This document shows positions 12,934-24,984 of a DNA stretch of 64,000 bases, piece by piece (positions within the stretch are counted from its first letter, which is position 1; each line of letters starts with the position of its first letter). The stretch comes from Bilabrum cf. latius (lineage: Eukaryota). The stretch is from assembly GCA_965178125.1 (NCBI GenBank), contig OZ237764.1, forward strand, positions 62,001 to 126,000, read 5' to 3'. The translations under genes and the position numbers were made by a program. The notes beneath the pieces were generated by a model. It ran no database searches, was not told the origin of the DNA, and saw only the letters and a list, made by a program, of their open reading frames with translations.

Positions 12934-14398
12934 ATGGCTGCAGTTGGAGGCTCAGGTGCATCAAGTGCTGCTGTTCCAAGCAGCCCATCGGGGTCAAGCA
13001 GAAAAGCCGCGGAGGGCGGAGTGCACGCCGTCACCCCCTACTCGGACGCACCTTTCGAGATCGACTACGAAAAGACACCTTCCAATGGAAAAGTAGCCCT
13101 GCTTACGGTAAGTGCTTACAGTAAGTGCTAACATGTATCATCTCTGTACTAGCGTTTATAAACGCTTTGCTGCTCAAATCTATGCGGCTCAATCTGTCGG
13201 CACCCGGTCGGTTTCGCGAGCTCATGTGCGTTGGATTTTACGCACGCGACGTGATCTGAACCAAAGAGGATTCACTCAAGTGCAATTAAAATGACTGTTA
13301 CGTTAAGTTGTAAGATTCGGTGCGATCGCCTTTTGGTTTTCTTTGCAGGGCGTTACTGGCCAGGACGGCTCGTACCTCGCTGAGTTCCTTCTATCAAAGG
13401 GCTACGAGGTGCATGGAATCATCAGGCGCTCCTCTAGCTTCAACACGGCTCGTATCGAGCATTTGTACCGTGACCAGCACGACAGGACCCGTTTCTTCAT
13501 GCACTACGGGGATTTGACGGACAGCAGCAACTTGACCTCCATCGTCGCCAAGACAAAGCCCCACGAGATCTACAACCTCGCTGCTCAGAGTCACGTGAAA
13601 GTCAGTTTCGAGATGAGCGAGTACACCGCGGACGTAGACGGTCTCGGGACGCTCCGCCTGCTGAACGCCATCCGCACGGCCGGGCTGGAGAAGCACTGTA
13701 AGTTCTACTAGGCCTCGACAAGTGAGCTGTACGGCAAGGTGCGGGAGACGCCCCAGAAAGAGACCACCCCCTTCTATCCCCGCTCCCCTTACGCGGTGGC
13801 CAAGCAGTACGCCTTCTGGATGTGCATCAATTACAGGGAGGCCTACGGCATGTTCGCAGCGAACGGGATCTTGTTCAACCACGAGGGCCCACGGAGGGGG
13901 CCCTCCTTCGTGACACGCAAGATCACCAGGGCCGTGGCGCGCATCCACAGGGGCCTGCAGAAGAACATCTACCTGGGCAACCTGGACGCCAAGCGCGACT
14001 GGGGCAGCGCCCGCGACTACGTGCAGGGCATGTGGCTGATCCTGCAGCAGGACGAGCCCGAGGACTTCGTGCTGGCCACTGGCGAGACGCACACGGTCAG
14101 AGAGTTTGTGGATCTGGCCTTCAAGGAGGTGGGCATCTCGGTGTCCTGGCGGGGCGAGGGAGTGGAGGAGCAGGGCTTCGCGACGATGAAGAACGAGGCC
14201 GGGGAGGACGAGGAGCGGGTGCTTGTCAAGGTGGACCCCAAGTACTTTAGGCCCACAGAGGTGGAGTTGCTGCTGGGAGATGCCAGCAAGGCCAAGGAGA
14301 AGCTCGGGTGGGAGCCCGAGACAACCTTCAGGGCGCTCGTGGGGGAGATGGTGCGGTCGGACCTTGCCCTCGTGGACAAGGGGGATCTGCGGTCGTGA
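12934..14398 (+). CDS. GMD: GDP-mannose 4,6-dehydratase
   Basis: Exon 1 is 12934-13107, intron 13108-13348 (GTAAGT..TTTGCAG), exon 2 13349-14398 ending TGA. Splicing gives [18 protein letters not shown]. Other motifs: [32 protein letters not shown]. One in-frame TAG (13709-13711) sits at the conserved Q of [11 protein letters not shown]. Confidence 0.97.
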
Positions 14399-14742
14399 GG
14401 AGTGAGAGAGAAAGAGTGAGGATGGGGTTCGGGATGAGAGTGGGACAACAGTGACTCTCGAGCACTGCGCGCTGCATCCTGTCTAGCTGCAATACGCTCG
14501 GCAGAGCTGCCGTGCAGGTTCGGCAGCAGCGACGCGGCTCCTCACTGGGCATGCACAGAGCCAAAACAAGGAGAATTTTGCAGGGGCCGGAGTCTGCGCT
14601 GCCTTGGAACCGAAAGGAGACTCCAATCCATCGGATCTGTCTTTGTTTCAGGCTCCAGATCACGCGGCCGCAATCTCAGCCACGCTCACAGTCATGGCAC
14701 TGCTGGATGGCACTCGTCCGAAACGCATCCGAACCTCTCGGC

Positions 14743-16599
14743 TCAGCCCTGCACGCCTGGAGGGTATTCACCGTCAGCTGATCGCACCGCGCCCCTCGCA
14801 TTCATGCATCCCACATCGTCATGGTTGCCATTAACCGCAGAAGCATCGTTTGTTGCCGCCTTGCTAGCAGCCTTCTCTTCTTCCTGAGCCCGGCTGGACT
14901 CCTCCCCGTTCACGTACCACACGCTCACCGCGGCTCTCTGGCTCGAGCACGGCATCACCTCGTGTGGGCACCGCCGGTCGCTCCAGAACAGGACCAGCCG
15001 GCCTCCGGCAGGCGCAATATCGATGGCATCCACCGGAGCCCCCTCTCCCTTGACCAGATGGCTCCATTCAGATGCCTGGCCTCCGTCCCCCGAGCATGCG
15101 CTCTTCCCCTGGCTGATCGAACCAAGGTCGAGCACCCGAGGCAGAGCACACGGGCCCACGCACCTCTCAGCAAGCGCCAGCATGGTGGGCCCGTCGCCAT
15201 CAGGGAACAACGCAGGGAGAGGGCGGGCCCACGAGGGCGTGCCAACTCGTCTGCTCGGGGGGTCCGAGTCAGAGGCTGGACCCGCGTCCCCTGCTACCAC
15301 CGGCATGGGCCTGTGCAGCCTGAGGTGACCCCCCTGCGACTCATCGTAGATGCCTGTGGCTGCCACCGGCGGAAAAGACAATGTCCGGTCCCGTGCGAGC
15401 CCGGGATCGTCCACGGGATTCAGGTACAGCAAGGCGGTGATGACCCGGCCGTTGCCGTGGGGGTTGTCCACGTGACGAGTGTACCTCGAACCGGCACCTG
15501 GGTACACCGCTCCCATGGCGCTGCGACGGTACAGGGTGGTACGCTTGAGTTCATCGCACTGCAGCGCCATGCAACCAATTACCAGTTCGTCAATGGAGGC
15601 AGCGCATCGCTGCAGTGCAGTGCAGGCATGGGTCCTCCCGTCGGCGGATGGGGGCAGCCATGCCATCCAGTCCCCTCGCACCTTAACTCGCTCGTGGGAT
15701 GCAGCCAGCCCGGCGCGTCCCCCTCCGACTCTCCCTGGGTGCAGCAAGAACGGACCCTCCACCATCTCGTCCAGCTCATCCGCGCCGCTCGACCCAGCAT
15801 CCTCACCCTCGCCCTCCCCCTCGCCCTCGATCTGCCCCCCTCCTGCCCCTGCCTAGATCTACTCGCTCGACCTGCGTGCCACCGTGACACCCCGCGCGAG
15901 TGCCTCCAAGAGCTCACCCCGGGCCTCCAGCACACTCGTTGCGGAGCACCACCCATCTATCACCGCCACGCGATGCGTCTCGAGCGAATTCACTGCAGCC
16001 GCAGCCAATGCTCTCAATGCCATGTCGCCCAGCGACGAATCAGCGGCAGGTGCGGAGCGCCCCGCACCAGCGACATCCTATGTGACAGCATCCTACCGCG
16101 ATAGGTCTTCTATGGCTCGCGCGGCGGCCAATGCCTGTCTGGATGGCAGCAGAGCGTCGGGCAGTCGGAGTCCTGGCACACGCGGGGACGGCGTGTGACC
16201 CCCCGCCATGATCGCCGACAGGGTATCCCGAGCTGCATGGGCCATGCTCGAATGCTTGAGCGTTTCGCTGCTCACAACAGTACCTGACACCATGCCTATC
16301 GCGACGTCGATTGAGGCAGCCGCCTTGCGCTTCATGCTTTGAAGCTTCTCTAGCTATTGTGCCATTCTGTCTCGCCGTCTAGTCATTTCTTCTACGTTGG
16401 ACCTCATCTTTTCAACCGTGCTCTTCAGCGAATCCCTTGTCCTTTGAAGGGATGCAAACGCTGCATCGATTCTCTTCTGCTCGGCGGCCCGTTTGCGCTC
16501 CCTTTCCAACTTAGCCCTACGCTCCTTCTCTCGGTCAGCAGCGCGCGCTGCCTTTACTCTAGCTTCTATGATTGCCATGATGTCCCTTCCCGAATCCAT
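14743..16599 (-). CDS. EGLN/PHD-like 2OG-Fe(II) prolyl 4-hydroxylase with N-terminal coiled coil
   Basis: ORFs 16354-16599, 16093-16335 and 14743-15765 share a frame joined by TAGs and end at TGA 14743. Motifs: RGDWMAWL, YPGAGSRYTRHVDNPHGNGRVITALLYLN, GRLVLFWSDRRCPHEVMP, RAAVSVWY (HxD...H...R). Confidence 0.85.
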
Positions 16600-16771
16600 G
16601 GCAATGTAACAGGTTAACCCGACATCATATCACTGATTCCACGAATCAGCCTTTTTGTGACATGCTGATCACAGAGCTGATTCTTGGTTGAGCTGCGGCA
16701 CTTCAAGCAGAGCTTCCGGGTTCCATTCGTAAATCCCGTCTCTCTGCAACCAGCAGACCAGCACCACCGCA

Positions 16772-17341
16772 ATGGACGACGATAAGAAACGAAAGAGGTC
16801 CGATCCATTTAACGACACGCTCTGCTCGACAGTTGCGGCCTCGGTCAATGTGCTCGTGCATCTCCTTTCTCATTGATTTCGCAGGCAGGAATCAAACCGA
16901 CGTGCAGCCAAGGAATCACGGTAGCGGAGGAAAGCTAGAACGGAGGAACTGTAGCGCGCTGTAGTATTTGTCACCCGAGAGAACGAGGAGCTACATGAAG
17001 AGAATACCATCCTGGCGGAGACTCTGAAGGCTGCAGCACCGGACTCAGCGGCTCTTGTTGCTCACTTGAAACAAGAGAACGCATCATTGAAAGTCGCATT
17101 GTTTGAGTGCGTGCAAACACTTGCGAGAATAAGCTCGGTGGCACCGGATCTGGTTGCCTCTATCCCTGGGGTGCTGCCTGCCAGAGCAGCTGCAGGTGGG
17201 GCAGCAGCGGAATCTGGGCCAAGCACTGGGTACGCCGGGGGCAGTGCAGGCCCGAGCGCTGCACCGTCGAGCGCATATTCATCCTCTCAGGCCGCAGGAG
17301 CCCAAAGCGGCTCTGCCCCGATGGAGTCAGGAGGCACTTGA
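16772..17341 (+). CDS. bZIP transcription factor
   Basis: Exon 1 is 16772-16797, intron 16798-16884, exon 2 runs to TGA 17339-17341. Spliced protein: MDDDKKRKRQESNRRAAKESR[TAG]RRKARTEEL[TAG]RAVVFVTRENEELHEENTILAE, a basic N-x7-R region followed by a zipper. Confidence 0.85.
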
Positions 17342-17763
17342 CGCCACCGCGCACTGCCCTGTCTCACTGCACCTGCTGCCCACCTCACTGGCCGGCTGTT
17401 GGCAGCTTTCACGAGTGGATGGGGAGCGCGCCGGGGAGACGCACCTGATGACGCTATCTGAAGTACTACCCCGCATATCTTAGTGCGCCGGTGGCCACTG
17501 ATTCGGATAGTGTCCGTCCTGGCGGGCACTGTGTTCGGATGCGGCAGATGCCTGCAACCACTGTGAGCGGCGCTGATTCGCAATTGATCTAGCTCGCAGC
17601 CACGCTTGATCCCATTACTAGATCTACGGTCTGGCAGCTGTTGCCACGTGGTCGTGGCATGTGACGACTCTGCTGGGGGAGGCAATCCTATGGATGTGGT
17701 GGAGTGGTCAGTTGTGGCAGTCCTGATGCCAGGTCTTGCTGCCTGCAAGTGCATCGCACTGTA

Positions 17764-19890
17764 ATGCACCCGATCCCGTTCTCGGAGGTGCTTACGCGTC
17801 ATCTCGGAGGCGCAAGTTCCAGGCAGGTTTGGATGTCTTCACTAGGGGTCTCGAGTGCGACCGGAGTTCGGCATCGCTCGCGTCGACAGTGCTGCGCAGA
17901 TCTGCGCATCGGGACTCTGAATGTTCATGTGTTTAATGAAGCCAGTGGATCAGAGATCGCTAGATTCATCCGAGAAAAATCCGATGCTCCACTTGATGTG
18001 CTGTGTCTAAATGAGGCGAGTTTAAAGCCGGAGAAGTCCAAGGCGGGCAGCTCGCGTTGCGTGATTGCTCTTGCGAAGGCTCTCGGCTTGCCCTTTCTCT
18101 CGCTAGGAAACCTAGGGTGGATCGGGAATGCTGTTTTGTCGCGATTCCCAATAATTAGGCATCAATTGTGCACTATTGAGGACAAGAGGGTCCACAGCCG
18201 CCAACTGGTAGTGGCAACCCTTTTAGTTCCGGTCGATTCTTCACGCCGGAGGAGCGAATGCGCCGGATTTATCCCATTCACGGTCGCATCGACTCACCTA
18301 GAGCATACAGATGAACATGCCCGGCTGAGGCAAGTCGCAGGATTGCACCGTCATCTGCAGTAGTAGCTATCTTTGGAGCCTCAGTTGCCACCGACTTCTC
18401 GCGACGATTGGAAAGGCGCGAAGCCATCGAAGCCATCGCGCGGGTTTGTAGGCGATAAACACCACGGGAAGAGTCATAGGAAGGAAGTTATTGAAATGCT
18501 CCGCAGCACCGGCCTGATAACCCCCCGCAGGCTCCGTGCAGCGAGATGCTGGCGGGATGGGGACTCGGATGCCACCCCTGCTACTGGCACTGGCACTGCC
18601 AGTGGCACCGGCAGGGCTAAGACTGCCAGCGCGGAGGCTGCTTCCAGTAAAGGTGGCAGTGACGGGGGCTTGCACGTCCGCTCCAAACACTCATCGGAAT
18701 CGTCCACGCGCGGTGAAGCGGGTGAAGCATCTCGCGGCAACCTGAAGTGCAAAAAGGGCAAGGGCGAGTATACCACTGGCAGGCATGTCGATGCCACTGG
18801 CAGGGCTTTGTCCTCCGGTGGCTCGCCCATCACCTGCGTGGAGCCCATGTGCAGGCTGCCAACGATGGAGGCAGATACGGTATAGAGCCTTCTCGCCGAC
18901 TTGGGGGGCTGTGTGAAAGCCCGCCGGAGTGCCAAGAGTAGGTCTGGGTCGAGGTCTGGGTCTGGCATGAGTGCGCGCGCTGCCATCCATGCCGGCGGTG
19001 GGCTGGCGCCACCTGCCAGTGGATCCAGCGCCTCCCTGCCCTAGCCACCTGCCAGTGGATCCAGCGCCTCCCTGCCCTACTTGCTGTGCGGGGACTTCAA
19101 CTCCCTACGGTACCAGGACTTGAGCGATGCTGGGCTTAAGGTCATTCAGGACAGGCGGGATAAGTGGGGCTGGCAGGGGCCTCGCTTCGATGTGACCGGT
19201 ATCCTGCTGGGTGAGCACACTGGTGTCGGTGGAGGTGTCGGTGCTGGAGCATCGGATGTACATGCACCACGAAGCGGCAAGGCCATGGTCGTCGCTGCAC
19301 CACGCTCGGGACCAGGCGAAGTATCCGCTGCCTTGAGCTCTGGGGAGGCCGGTGTCCCCAGTGGCAGTGAGCCCGGTGGTAGCGCAGGTGCCGGCTGGGG
19401 ATACGTGGATGCCTGCACTGTGGCGCACCCTCAGCCGCATAGAGCCAAGTGGGACGTCGTTGTTCACAAGAAGAGGAAGGGGTCAAAGGGCCGCAGCCCG
19501 GGCCACGCGACGTCGAGAGGAGGGGCTGCGGGAAGGCCCGGCCCGGCGACGGCCGCGGCAGGCAGCGGCAGACCCAAGCCGGACAGAAAGTGCAGTGGCC
19601 TGGCCAGCCGAACGGCCGTCCTGGATTGGACCAGCCGGCTGCACACCCGCATAGACTACCTGCTGCTCCATCCAGGGCACGCATCTCACGAGGGCGGGCG
19701 CCAGAGGTGCTGCAGGTGGCCCGACGGCTCCTCGCTGGCAGCATCATTCGTGAAGGGGTCCTACCGCGTGCTGCAAACGTGCGGCCCAATGAGCGACCAC
19801 AACCTGGTGCAAGCCCAGGTCCACTTGGAGTGGCAAGGGCCTGCTTGCATGGGGTCGGGGGCCACCGTGGCTGCCCCGCCTGGGTCGTGA
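17764..19890 (+). CDS. Endonuclease/exonuclease/phosphatase (EEP) family protein with long low-complexity inserts
   Basis: Same-frame pieces are joined by TAGTAG (18361-18366), TAG 18883 and TAG 19042, ending at TGA 19888. All EEP motifs appear in order: LRIGTLNVH, DVLCLNE, GNAVLSRFPI, VASTHL, LLCGDFNS, RIDYLLL, SDHNLV. Start is uncertain (17764 or 17833). Confidence 0.85.
19008..19079 (+). repeat. 36-bp tandem duplication inside the EEP CDS (PPASGSSASLP x2)
   Basis: GCCACCTGCCAGTGGATCCAGCGCCTCCCTGCCCTA occurs twice, head to tail. Confidence 0.9.
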
Positions 19891-20117
19891 CCAACGCCGA
19901 AAATATTGAGCAGAGTGCTCGGCTTGGATCATTAATCCAATGAATTTCATGATCAGAGTAGCATCACGACCGATCTTGGTGTGGTCGCTTCTTGTTGCAT
20001 GCCGTGCTGGCCGGAGCAAAGCTATATAAGCACTATAAATAATACCGAACTAAGTACCCGTACCACCTGGGATTAAGGTCATGCCCTCAGCCCATGCATG
20101 ATAATGACGCCGACCAA

Positions 20118-23100
20118 TCACTCGCACACGGCTTGGGCAAGCAAAGCAGCGGCGCCCCTCAGCGATGCGAGCGGATCGGCACTCTCGCCGCGATCTCCGG
20201 GCTGCATCGGCGTCATGATGGAAGCTTGGAGACTGCGGCCGTCCACTCCTACCGCGTCCATGAGCGCCCCTGCCACCTGCATCTTCTACCCGATGGACCG
20301 GGTGGCGCTTGCCGCTGCCTCCTCTACTGTCTTGGAAGCTCCTGCCGCCGCTGGGTCAGCCTCATCTGCCGCCGATGAGCTGCCCACCAGCAGCGGAGCC
20401 AGACACACGACAAGCGCAGCGCGCCCCATGCGGTTGCGGGCCTTGCGCGCCTCTATGGATGCCAGTAGCCGCAGCACGACCTGCAGGCCAGCGTGCGTGA
20501 ACGGCCTGCTCTCCCGCAGGTCATCCAGTGCCGCGAGGGCCGCTAGGACCCTCATCTCCGCTGCCCGCCGCTGCACCACGGGCTTCCTCCGCACGGCCGC
20601 CAGCAGTACATGCACACCTGCCCTGTCTGGCTGTCCCTCGCGCCCGCTGGGCGGCTGGGCCAGTGCAGGCCCCTCCTCTCGCGAGCCCGCTGCCTAGTCC
20701 ACTGCCCCAGAGGACGAGTCGCCCTCGCTGCCAGGCGCACCTCCTGCTGCTCGCCTTGCCCGGGGCCCGGGTCGGGACCGGGTCCCTGGTCCACTCGCCG
20801 CCTGGGCGTGGGCTTCAGCACTCTTGCCCGCGTCCCCCGCCCCTGGCCTCCTCTCCTGCCGCCGCGGGCCGCCCCCGCCCATGCTCCCGCTGCTCCTGCC
20901 CCTGCGCTATGGACCGCCCGTTTCTCTCCCGATGGACCGCGAGCTCGCATCCCTCGCCAAGAAGCCCACGCCTCCACCGCGGGGGCTCCCCTCTGTAACC
21001 CCTGCGCCGCTCCCTATGGACCGCGCACTGCGAGACCATGGCCCTGACTTGGACCCAGACCCAGGCCCAGATCCAGACCCCGGCGAGGAGCCCCCGCTGG
21101 CTTCTTCCGTGCCGAGGCGGGGAGGCCTGCGCCGCTTGGAAGTACCCGGCGAGCCATCTAGGACTGCAGATTCGGGTCCTTCCCCTGCATCTCTCTCTCC
21201 AGAATGTCGGTCGTCTCGCTGGGGCATGAGGGCCCTGACAGGGGCTCGGCTGGGAGCGATTGATGCCGCTTCTGCTGCGGCATGCACCACTCCGGCGCTC
21301 GCCCACACCTCCCCACTGTCCTTCTCACCCTCACTGCCCGCTCTGGCCTCTTGCGACATCCCACCTGCGCCGGTGCGTTCGACAGATGCGGTCGATGTCC
21401 TGGCAGGCGCGCTGTCTATCGGTGCACCCACCCGCCGCTCGATAGAGGCCCCCACATCGGCGACACCCTGGCAGCATGCGAGGGCCTGGCTCAGCTGCGC
21501 AGATAGAGCCCCGGACACGATCGGCTCGGGCAGCAGCCGCATGTACTCTGCGAGCACACCGGCCACCACGTGCGCCTCGACTGGCAGAATGTCCGCCTTT
21601 GGAATCGAAATGTCGCGTCCCTTACTTGACTGCTGCGTCCAGGTTTGCAGCCCTGCCCGCAGCAGGTTCATGTACCTATCGCACCCACTGGATTCACCTC
21701 CGGATGCCCCCTCGCGCTCCACCGGGGAGGTCCCACCCACGAGCTCCTCGCCCCCTCGAGCGCACGCTCTGCAGAGCACCTGCATCACCGCATCCTTCCT
21801 GGGAGGCACGCGCATGAGGCCCTCTGCGTCCAGCCCAAGCCACCGGCACGAAACCTCATCCCCTGCCCGAGCCTGACCACCTGGACCGCTGGGCCCCTCG
21901 CCTCCAGCACCGGCCCTTCTTCGCATGGGCAGCAGCAGCGCGCCAGCACACGCAGCAATAATCACTGGTGGACTCACCTCAACCACCCCCGGGCCCTGGA
22001 CGCGCCCAGCCACCTCGGGGTCCAGCCCAAGCAGGCTAGGGGCCTCTGCCCGCTTGCTGCCCATCGCCAGCCGGCGCCAACTCACCTCCCGGCGAACCCC
22101 TGCAGCAGCAGCAGCAGCAGCAGCAGCAGCCCGCCTGGCAGTGGCGGGAGATGGGCCATCTTCCTGACCAGTACCCTCCCTGCCATCGGCACCGCTGCCC
22201 CCTGCCTCGATACCATCGCCCTCTCCCACCCCCTCGCGCTCGTCGGCAGTCGCCCTGCCCTCCAACGGGCCCCCTGTCCCTCTACCTCCATCCCCATGCC
22301 GCCCCAGCAGCTCAATGACGCGACTCTGTCTGCTCTCAGCAGCGGCCCATGCGGACTGCGACCGCAGCAGCACCAGCGTGCCCCTGCCTCGCTCGATCAG
22401 CTGCCCCACTCGAGGCAGGGCCGGCCTCAGGCTCAGCACGGGGTCGCCCTCTCGCGCCAGCGCGGGACTCCACAGCAACGCCTGGAATCGACTCGACTCT
22501 GGGGCCGCGCTCAATGGACCGTGCTCTGAAGAGCGCGTCTATAGCAAGGGGAGGCCGCAGCTGAGCACCTCAAGGGGCAGCGAGGGCTCAAGGGTGCGTG
22601 CTGCAGCAGCAGCTGCAGCAGCACGCCCAGAGGCGCCCTGCGGCAGAGACCCGGTCGAGTTGGCGCTGAGCATGGAAGACCCGCTGGAATCACGGGGGGC
22701 TCGGACCTATCCCTCTGCATCTGGATGCATGCCTGGATTGGGATGCTGAGACCAGGATGGAGCGGGGGCCAGCAGGGGCCCCGCAAACACGCCAAGCGGC
22801 GCAGGGGCCTGGCCTACCCCAGCCGCGGGTGCACCTTTCGCGCTCGAGCCTATCAGTGCGCCGTCCGACCCATCCCCGCTGCGATTTGGCATGGAGGGGC
22901 TGGATTCGGCGATCAGGGCCGCTTCGAGGCTGGCAGCCGCAGCGTCGGACCGCTCGCCTGCCAGTGCGAGAACGTCGCGAGGCAGCACGAGGCCTTCCGG
23001 CGTCGCGACCGCTGCTGCTTCGTCGCACGAGTGAAGGTACTGCAATTTCTTCCAAAACTTAGATGATATAAATGGGCTGACAACCGCGAATATCGCCCTC

Positions 23101-23531
23101 AGCGTGAACGTAGGATGAAGGATCCACAGTCGTTTCATGTTCTTTTTGTACCGCCGCGGAAGCCATCCGTACGCGCTTTGAAGCCATGAATAATTGCCCG
23201 TTCCCAAGAAATCAGATCCATTATGGCAAATTAACATTGCGAATGGCCCCCTAGTAACGGCGTCCATGGCCTGAACCATAGCAAGGGCTGCGACATCCAG
23301 GGATGACGAGCTGCTTGGCGATTCGGCGGCTTGCAGCATTCCAGGGCTCAAGATAACGATAGGCAGCCCCTCTGTAGATGTACCACCAATATACACAAAG
23401 AAAGTCTCCAGCAATCGCCTTGCCGCATCACACTGTGACCCAGCCGCTCCAACTTGTAGATTGTCTTTGTATATACCGCCATCTAGCCACTTGTTGGATG
23501 TAGTCTCGAGCGCGCTGATGGAGCCGGACAT
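20118..23531 (-). CDS. BCH (CRAL-TRIO-like) + RhoGAP protein, ARHGAP1/Cdc42GAP-like architecture
   Basis: One frame runs from ATG 23531 to TGA 20118-20120, broken only by TAGs. BCH: WLQSAYGWLPRRYKKNMKRLWILHPTF..SPFISSKFWKKL. RhoGAP: GLDAEGLMRVP (arginine finger), HVVAGVLAEYMRLLPEPIV, NRMGRAALVVCLAPLL. Confidence 0.85.
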
Positions 23532-23702
23532 GTGCAGAGTAACAAATGCCGCTTCAAATCATAATGCTGTAATCTACCGTCTGAGAATGGTTGCAATGGA
23601 CAAAAAGAATCCCAGCTGCAACCATGGAGTCTGGTTTATCCAACAGCACCTTACAGTATCCCTGCACGAATCCAACATGGTAAGACATGGCAAATTTACG
23701 TG

Positions 23703-24850
23703 ATGCTAAGACGGACTGCGGCCACAGCAAGACACAATGTCGTAAAATAGCTACTAGTTACCCCCCTGGGTTGTTAGAGGCGTTGGGCAGGTGAGGCGAT
23801 ACCAATTTCTTGCCACCAATCCAACATCAGCAATCAATCACGGGCTGTAACTTTCGCAATCTCTACATATTCTGCACAGGACACTCCAAGTGGCACAATA
23901 TACGCGTGAGAATCCTGGTGGTGCTGCACCAAGCACAGTTTGATTAGGAACTAGGGTGATGTAGCAATCCATGCCACACGGTCATCTCTACCACGCAGCA
24001 CAAAAAAGCGCACAACGACAGGAGAAAGTCTGCCGTTCTTGAGAAAGCATCCAAGGGCATTACAATTGCAGTTAAGGTAGGAGGATCACCAGATCCCGAT
24101 GATAACGTGGATCTGCACGCCGCAATATAGCGAGCCAAGTCAGTTAATCTACCGAAAGACAAAATTGAAGCAGCAATTAAGCGAGGCGCGGACCATGGAG
24201 CCAGTGGAGGCTCGGACTTGATGGAGTTAGTGTACGAAGGAGTGGCCAAGCACGGTGTGCAGGCTGTAGTGGAGGTCCTGACCGACAGCAAGACCCGAGC
24301 AGCGCAGCAGGTTCGCCTGGTCTTCAAGGAGGCCGGCGGGGAGCTGCAGCCCCCTGGGGCGCTGGATTACAACTTCAAGCACGTGGGCGTGGTGGACGTG
24401 CGCTGCGACAGGGCCCAGCACGAGGAAGCCCTGCTGGAGCTTGCGCTCGGGGCGGGCTGCGAGGATGTGGAGTGGCCTGACGAGGGCACGCTTGCGGCGG
24501 AGGGGGCGGCGGAGGCGGTGGTGGACCACCACTTGCACCACGAGCTGGCGTCGCATGCCGTGGAACCGGAGGAGGGGGATGGGCACGCGGAGTCGGTCTA
24601 GCACTCGATCGGCAAGGACGTGGCACGAGCCATCTGCAGCCGGGCACAGCTGCATGCCGCTGCGAGGGCGTTCCGGAAGGAAGGGGCGCTGCCTGCTGGG
24701 TGCGAGGTGCTGCGTGCTGAGGCGACGAGGCTGCCTCTTACAACGGTTGATTTGGAAGGGGAGCAGGAGTAGGAGGACCTAGCTTCGTTCTTGCATGCGC
24801 TAGAGGACTTGGAGGACGTCTAGCACGTGTACCACAACGTGAGGGGGTGA
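23703..24850 (+). CDS. TACO1: YebC/TACO1-family protein with a probable mitochondrial transit peptide
   Basis: Exons 23703-23790, 23880-23905 and 23999-24850 (TGA). Spliced protein: MLRRTAATAR..WAGHSKWHNIRHKKAHND..PDPDDN..NLPKDKIEAAIKR..YEG..LEDLEDV[TAG]HVYHNV. Confidence 0.9.
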
Positions 24851-24984
24851 GAGGTGGTGACTCGAGGTGTTTGTACAACGCAGCATCTTACCTCTGATTC
24901 GATATCAAGCATAGCATGGTCTAAGATTGTCCCTTCCCCCTCCCTTTGTCCACGAGAACGAGACATGGATCCCCTACGCAGCTA

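Noticed and set aside
17764-19890. LINE/retrotransposon APE endonuclease
   Set aside because: There is no adjacent reverse transcriptase, poly(A) tail or target-site duplication. It looks like a stand-alone cellular EEP gene.
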